Assembly: GCA_964016885.1 (NCBI GenBank)
Contig: OZ024745.1
Coordinates: 127,224,001 to 127,288,000 of the forward strand
Source of the DNA: Eledone cirrhosa
Lineage: Eukaryota
Direction: 5' to 3'
Length of the DNA: 64,000 bases
Part shown: positions 60,404 through 64,000 of the stretch, in pieces
Position numbering within the stretch: the first letter of the stretch is position 1
How the letters are laid out: the number at the start of each line of letters is the position of its first letter
Notes under the pieces: generated by a model
Database searches by the model: none
Told to the model about the DNA's origin: nothing
The model's input: only the letters and a program-made list of their open reading frames with translations
Translations under genes and position numbers: made by a program

Positions 60404-61929
60404 ATGTTTGTGTGTGTATGTATATGTGTGTGTGTATGTGTTTATGTATATATGTCTGTGTATTCGTGCGTATTCGTGTCTGTGTCTACATTTACTGTTT
60501 CTTTATGTTCCGTAACTTAGTAGTTTGTCAAAAAGAGACCCCAAAAATAAGTACTGGCATCAATATGATTGATTAAATCTGTTCAAGGTGGTATACAAAC
60601 ATGGCTGCAATCTCAGAAAAAGAGAAAAGAATGATATGCATGTCTATATGAGTGCATATACTCACATACTGTCAATGTTTGTGGATAGTTGTATTGGTGT
60701 CTACATGTCTTTATCTTGGTATGAATGGATCTTTTAATAGAGCTTGAGAATTATGTTAAGGATACACGTCTGTGTATACACATCTGTGTATATATGTCTG
60801 TGTACATATGACCTTATACACATGTCTGGTACAGACGTCTGTGTACACACGTCTGTGTACATATATCTGTGGTGTATACATGTATGTGTACGTGTCTGTG
60901 TAAACACGTATTTGTACATATGTCTGTGTACACATGCCTGTCTACACGCGTCTGTGTACACATCACATGTTAATTCTAGAGTTAGATGTTCACTCAATTG
61001 AACAACTTCATGCTCACCATAAAATACACTGGAGTAGCCATTTTCATCATTTCATCATCCATCTTTCAAGATATGTGACATTGTGCCTGTGTTAAAAAAA
61101 AAATGAAAAATATTAACCCTTTAGCTATCAACCCAGCAAAAACCGTGGCTCTGGTTCTATGAAATAAAACCACCTATTTTAAAGATTTCCAATTTAAATA
61201 AAAATCTTCCAACATAATTTTTTATAAGAACCTTATATTAACCATTTCATGACTACATTCCTATGAAATACACTCAATTTTAATTATTTCATTACTAAGA
61301 TAGTAACTTAACCCTTTAATTACAAACCCTGCCAAAACTGGCTCTGGTTCTATGAAATAAAACCACCCATTTTAAAGGTTTCCAATTTAAATTAAAATCT
61401 TCCAACATAATTTTATATAAGAACCTTACATTAAGTTACTATCTTAGTAATAAAATAATCAATAATTTTAGGAAATCCCTCAAAATTCTTCAATGATTAA
61501 TTAAAATATTGTGTATTTCTTTAGAATGGGTCATGAAAGGGTTAAGTTTGTCTTGGACCACATTGTACAATATGTCCCTCTTTTTTTTATAGCTGGTAAA
61601 AATGTACTTTGAAAGATATTTGCTGTTATTTCTAGCAGGTTTGGCAACTGTGTAGAGGCTCCTTCATTGCTTTTGCTGTTAACGACATTCCCAGCTGATA
61701 TTTTTTAAAGATTCTTACTAAAAACAGTGATGATCAACTACAATGTGTAAAGAAATTGGCATATGAGTGATGCCAGATGCACAATAACTTATGCAGGAGG
61801 TGAGACAGGAGATTCTGACAGTAATTTGTTCCAAAGTTGCCTTGGTGTAAAAGTAATAGGATAAAACCTGAAGTTTGCACTCATTGAAGTTTGCCCCTGT
61901 GGGGCGTGCACTCCACATTGGGAATCATT

Positions 61930-62420
61930 GCTTTCTGCTGTTTGAGAATTCTTAATTGACATTTTTTAAGGTTCTTACCCTTTCTGCTGTTAGTGAATTC
62001 TTATTTGACATTTTTTAAAGGTTCTTACCCTTTCTGCTGTTTAAGAATTCTCAGATGATATTTTTTAAAAAGGTTATGACCCTTTCTGCTGTTTAAGAAT
62101 TCTCAGATGACATTTTTTAAAAAGGTTATGACCCTTTCTGTTGTTTGAGAATTCTCAAATGACATTTTTTAAAAAGGTTATGACCCTTTCTGTTGTTTGA
62201 GAATTCTCAGATGACATTTTTAAAAAAGGTTATGACCCTTTCTGTTGTTTAAGAATTCCCAGTTGATATTTTTTAAAGGTTCTTACGCTTTCTGTTGTTT
62301 GAGAATTCTCAGATGACATTTTTTAAAGGTTCTTACCCTTTCTGTTATTTGAGAATTCTCAGATGACATTTTTAAAGGTTCTTACTCTTTCTGTTGTTTG
62401 TGAATTGTCAGCTGACATAT
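61930..62420. repeat. About 50-53-bp minisatellite (about 9-10 copies)
   Basis: Unit ttctgttgtttgagaattctcagatgacattttttaaaggttcttaccct. Confidence 0.9.
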
Positions 62421-63712
62421 TTTGGGAGCTTCTAAATCTTGGATAAGGTATGAACTTCACAATCCTTCCTTCCATCTTTGATAAAATGGAGCCTATATTA
62501 CTCTCTTTTAGAAGTCTTATATGGCCAATATTAATGCTGAAACTCTATATATGGTTGTATCATGTTCCAAATATGGAAATAACAGACATTGTTTAAACAG
62601 GATACATACTCTTAACATGTACATATATTCTCACACACTTAACAAGCCTATATATATATACACACATGTATACATACTCTGTGTATATATCCACACACAC
62701 ACTGACTTTGAATGAACATTTATACATACACACATGTTTAACATGTTTATTCACACACTTAACGTGTTTATTCACACACTCCTTAATAAGTGCATATACA
62801 CATAGATTCTCTCAACCTACACATATACACACACACACTTAACTTGCCCATATGTACACATACACAAACTCTTAAAATGCCCATACACATGTATATACAC
62901 ACACACACTCTAGGCACTTATAATATACGTGCCCAGAGCATGAAAGAATGTGTGTATATATACATGTATATATGTTATATACATAACATACTCTTATTAT
63001 ACACACAGACACTCAACTGTAATATAGATTAGATAAACTAAGGTTATTATAGATTTCTTAGAATTTCTTAGAATTTTATTTTTGCAAGTATGGTACTTTT
63101 TTTTGCTGACATATTTGAATTAGCTTTTTCTTCTATATATAGATGTGATTCTGTCACAACACGAGAAAGGAGTAGTTTGACTACCTCATACTACTCCTCT
63201 TTCTTTACGTCTGCTGGCTGCGTGAATGTATGTGTGTGTGTAAAAGGAAGGAAGGGGATGGTGACAAAAACTGTGCTGTGTGTGGGTGTATTTGTATGTG
63301 TGTTTTGTGTATTTGTCTGTGTGTGTTTGTGTATTTTTGCAAGTGTGTCTGCGTTTGCGTATTTATATTTATATACTCATACATATAAATGTATGCACAT
63401 ACACATATGCACATACACATATGCATCGGTGTATGGAAAAAAATTCTAGTTATTTTAAAATTCTGCCATGTATTTTCTATTATTTAGTTTTTCTTTTAAG
63501 ATTTTCCTGAATTTTACTCTAGAAAGAAAATACAGAGTGCAGCAGAAAAACCTCCATTATTTTACAGTCAATTCTTAAAATTTGCCACACCCTGTACATG
63601 GAAGATTTTGTAGAGTTTTCAGTTTTCAGTTTGATGAAGTTAATTATTATGTGTTTGTATGTATGTATGCATTGCTGTTACATTTCCAGACAGCAAAGGT
63701 CCTCCTATGGTG

Positions 63713-64000
63713 TTGACATGCAGCATCTGTGCAAGGCTCTGCCTCAGCAAAGCTGGACTCAAAAGTAATCTTTGCAGTCATAAAGTGAGACTAGTGGTTG
63801 ACTAGCAGGCTGCTGTTGGAAATGCTACTCATCATACCTGTCAAGCATGTGGAAAAGAGTGTAGATCAGCAGGAGGGCTCAAGCAGCATGCAAAAGTACA
63901 TGAAATCTAACCACAGCCAGCTATTGCCAGTGAATGGTTTGGTTGCCAACTCTGTGCAAGACATTTTAAATCATTGGCTGGGTTAAAAAGCCACATTCGA
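63713..64000 (+). pseudogene. Decayed triple C2H2-like zinc-finger segment (probably a LINE ORF2 C-terminus), running off the window
   Basis: One frame reads CSICARLCLSKAGLKSNLCSH..*..CQACGKECRSAGGLKQHAKVH..*..CQLCARHFKSLAGLKSHIR, with two in-frame stops. Confidence 0.65.

Overview
AT-rich, repeat-dense animal (eukaryotic) DNA. The SINE/RTE repertoire and very large (TA)n/(GAT)n arrays suggest an octopod cephalopod (inference). Two intron-rich genes converge. (1) The 3' six exons of an SRCR-containing lysyl oxidase-like gene lie on + (1551-16067), with the Cu-binding and LTQ residues intact. (2) A complete 16-exon crooked-neck/CRNKL1 (Clf1/Syf3) gene lies on - (50852 to 28000; 2106 nt, 701 aa); its intron 7 is a U12-type AT-AC intron. 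A possible third gene starts near 55.7-55.9 kb (+). The rest is SINEs, RTE/CR1/CRE-type LINE fragments, Helitrons, Tc1/pogo/hAT/piggyBac-type MITEs, minisatellites and microsatellites. Most long ORFs in the supplied track are microsatellite artefacts. The most unusual signal is a set of ORF-less palindromic or inverted-repeat mini-elements, often beside (TA)n tracts. Several carry minimal type I hammerhead-ribozyme motifs, including a 208-bp palindrome with one hammerhead in each arm, and one encloses a tRNA-like module. They look like non-autonomous Penelope-like/retrozyme-like elements. Exon boundaries were read by hand and frame-checked; repeat boundaries are approximate.
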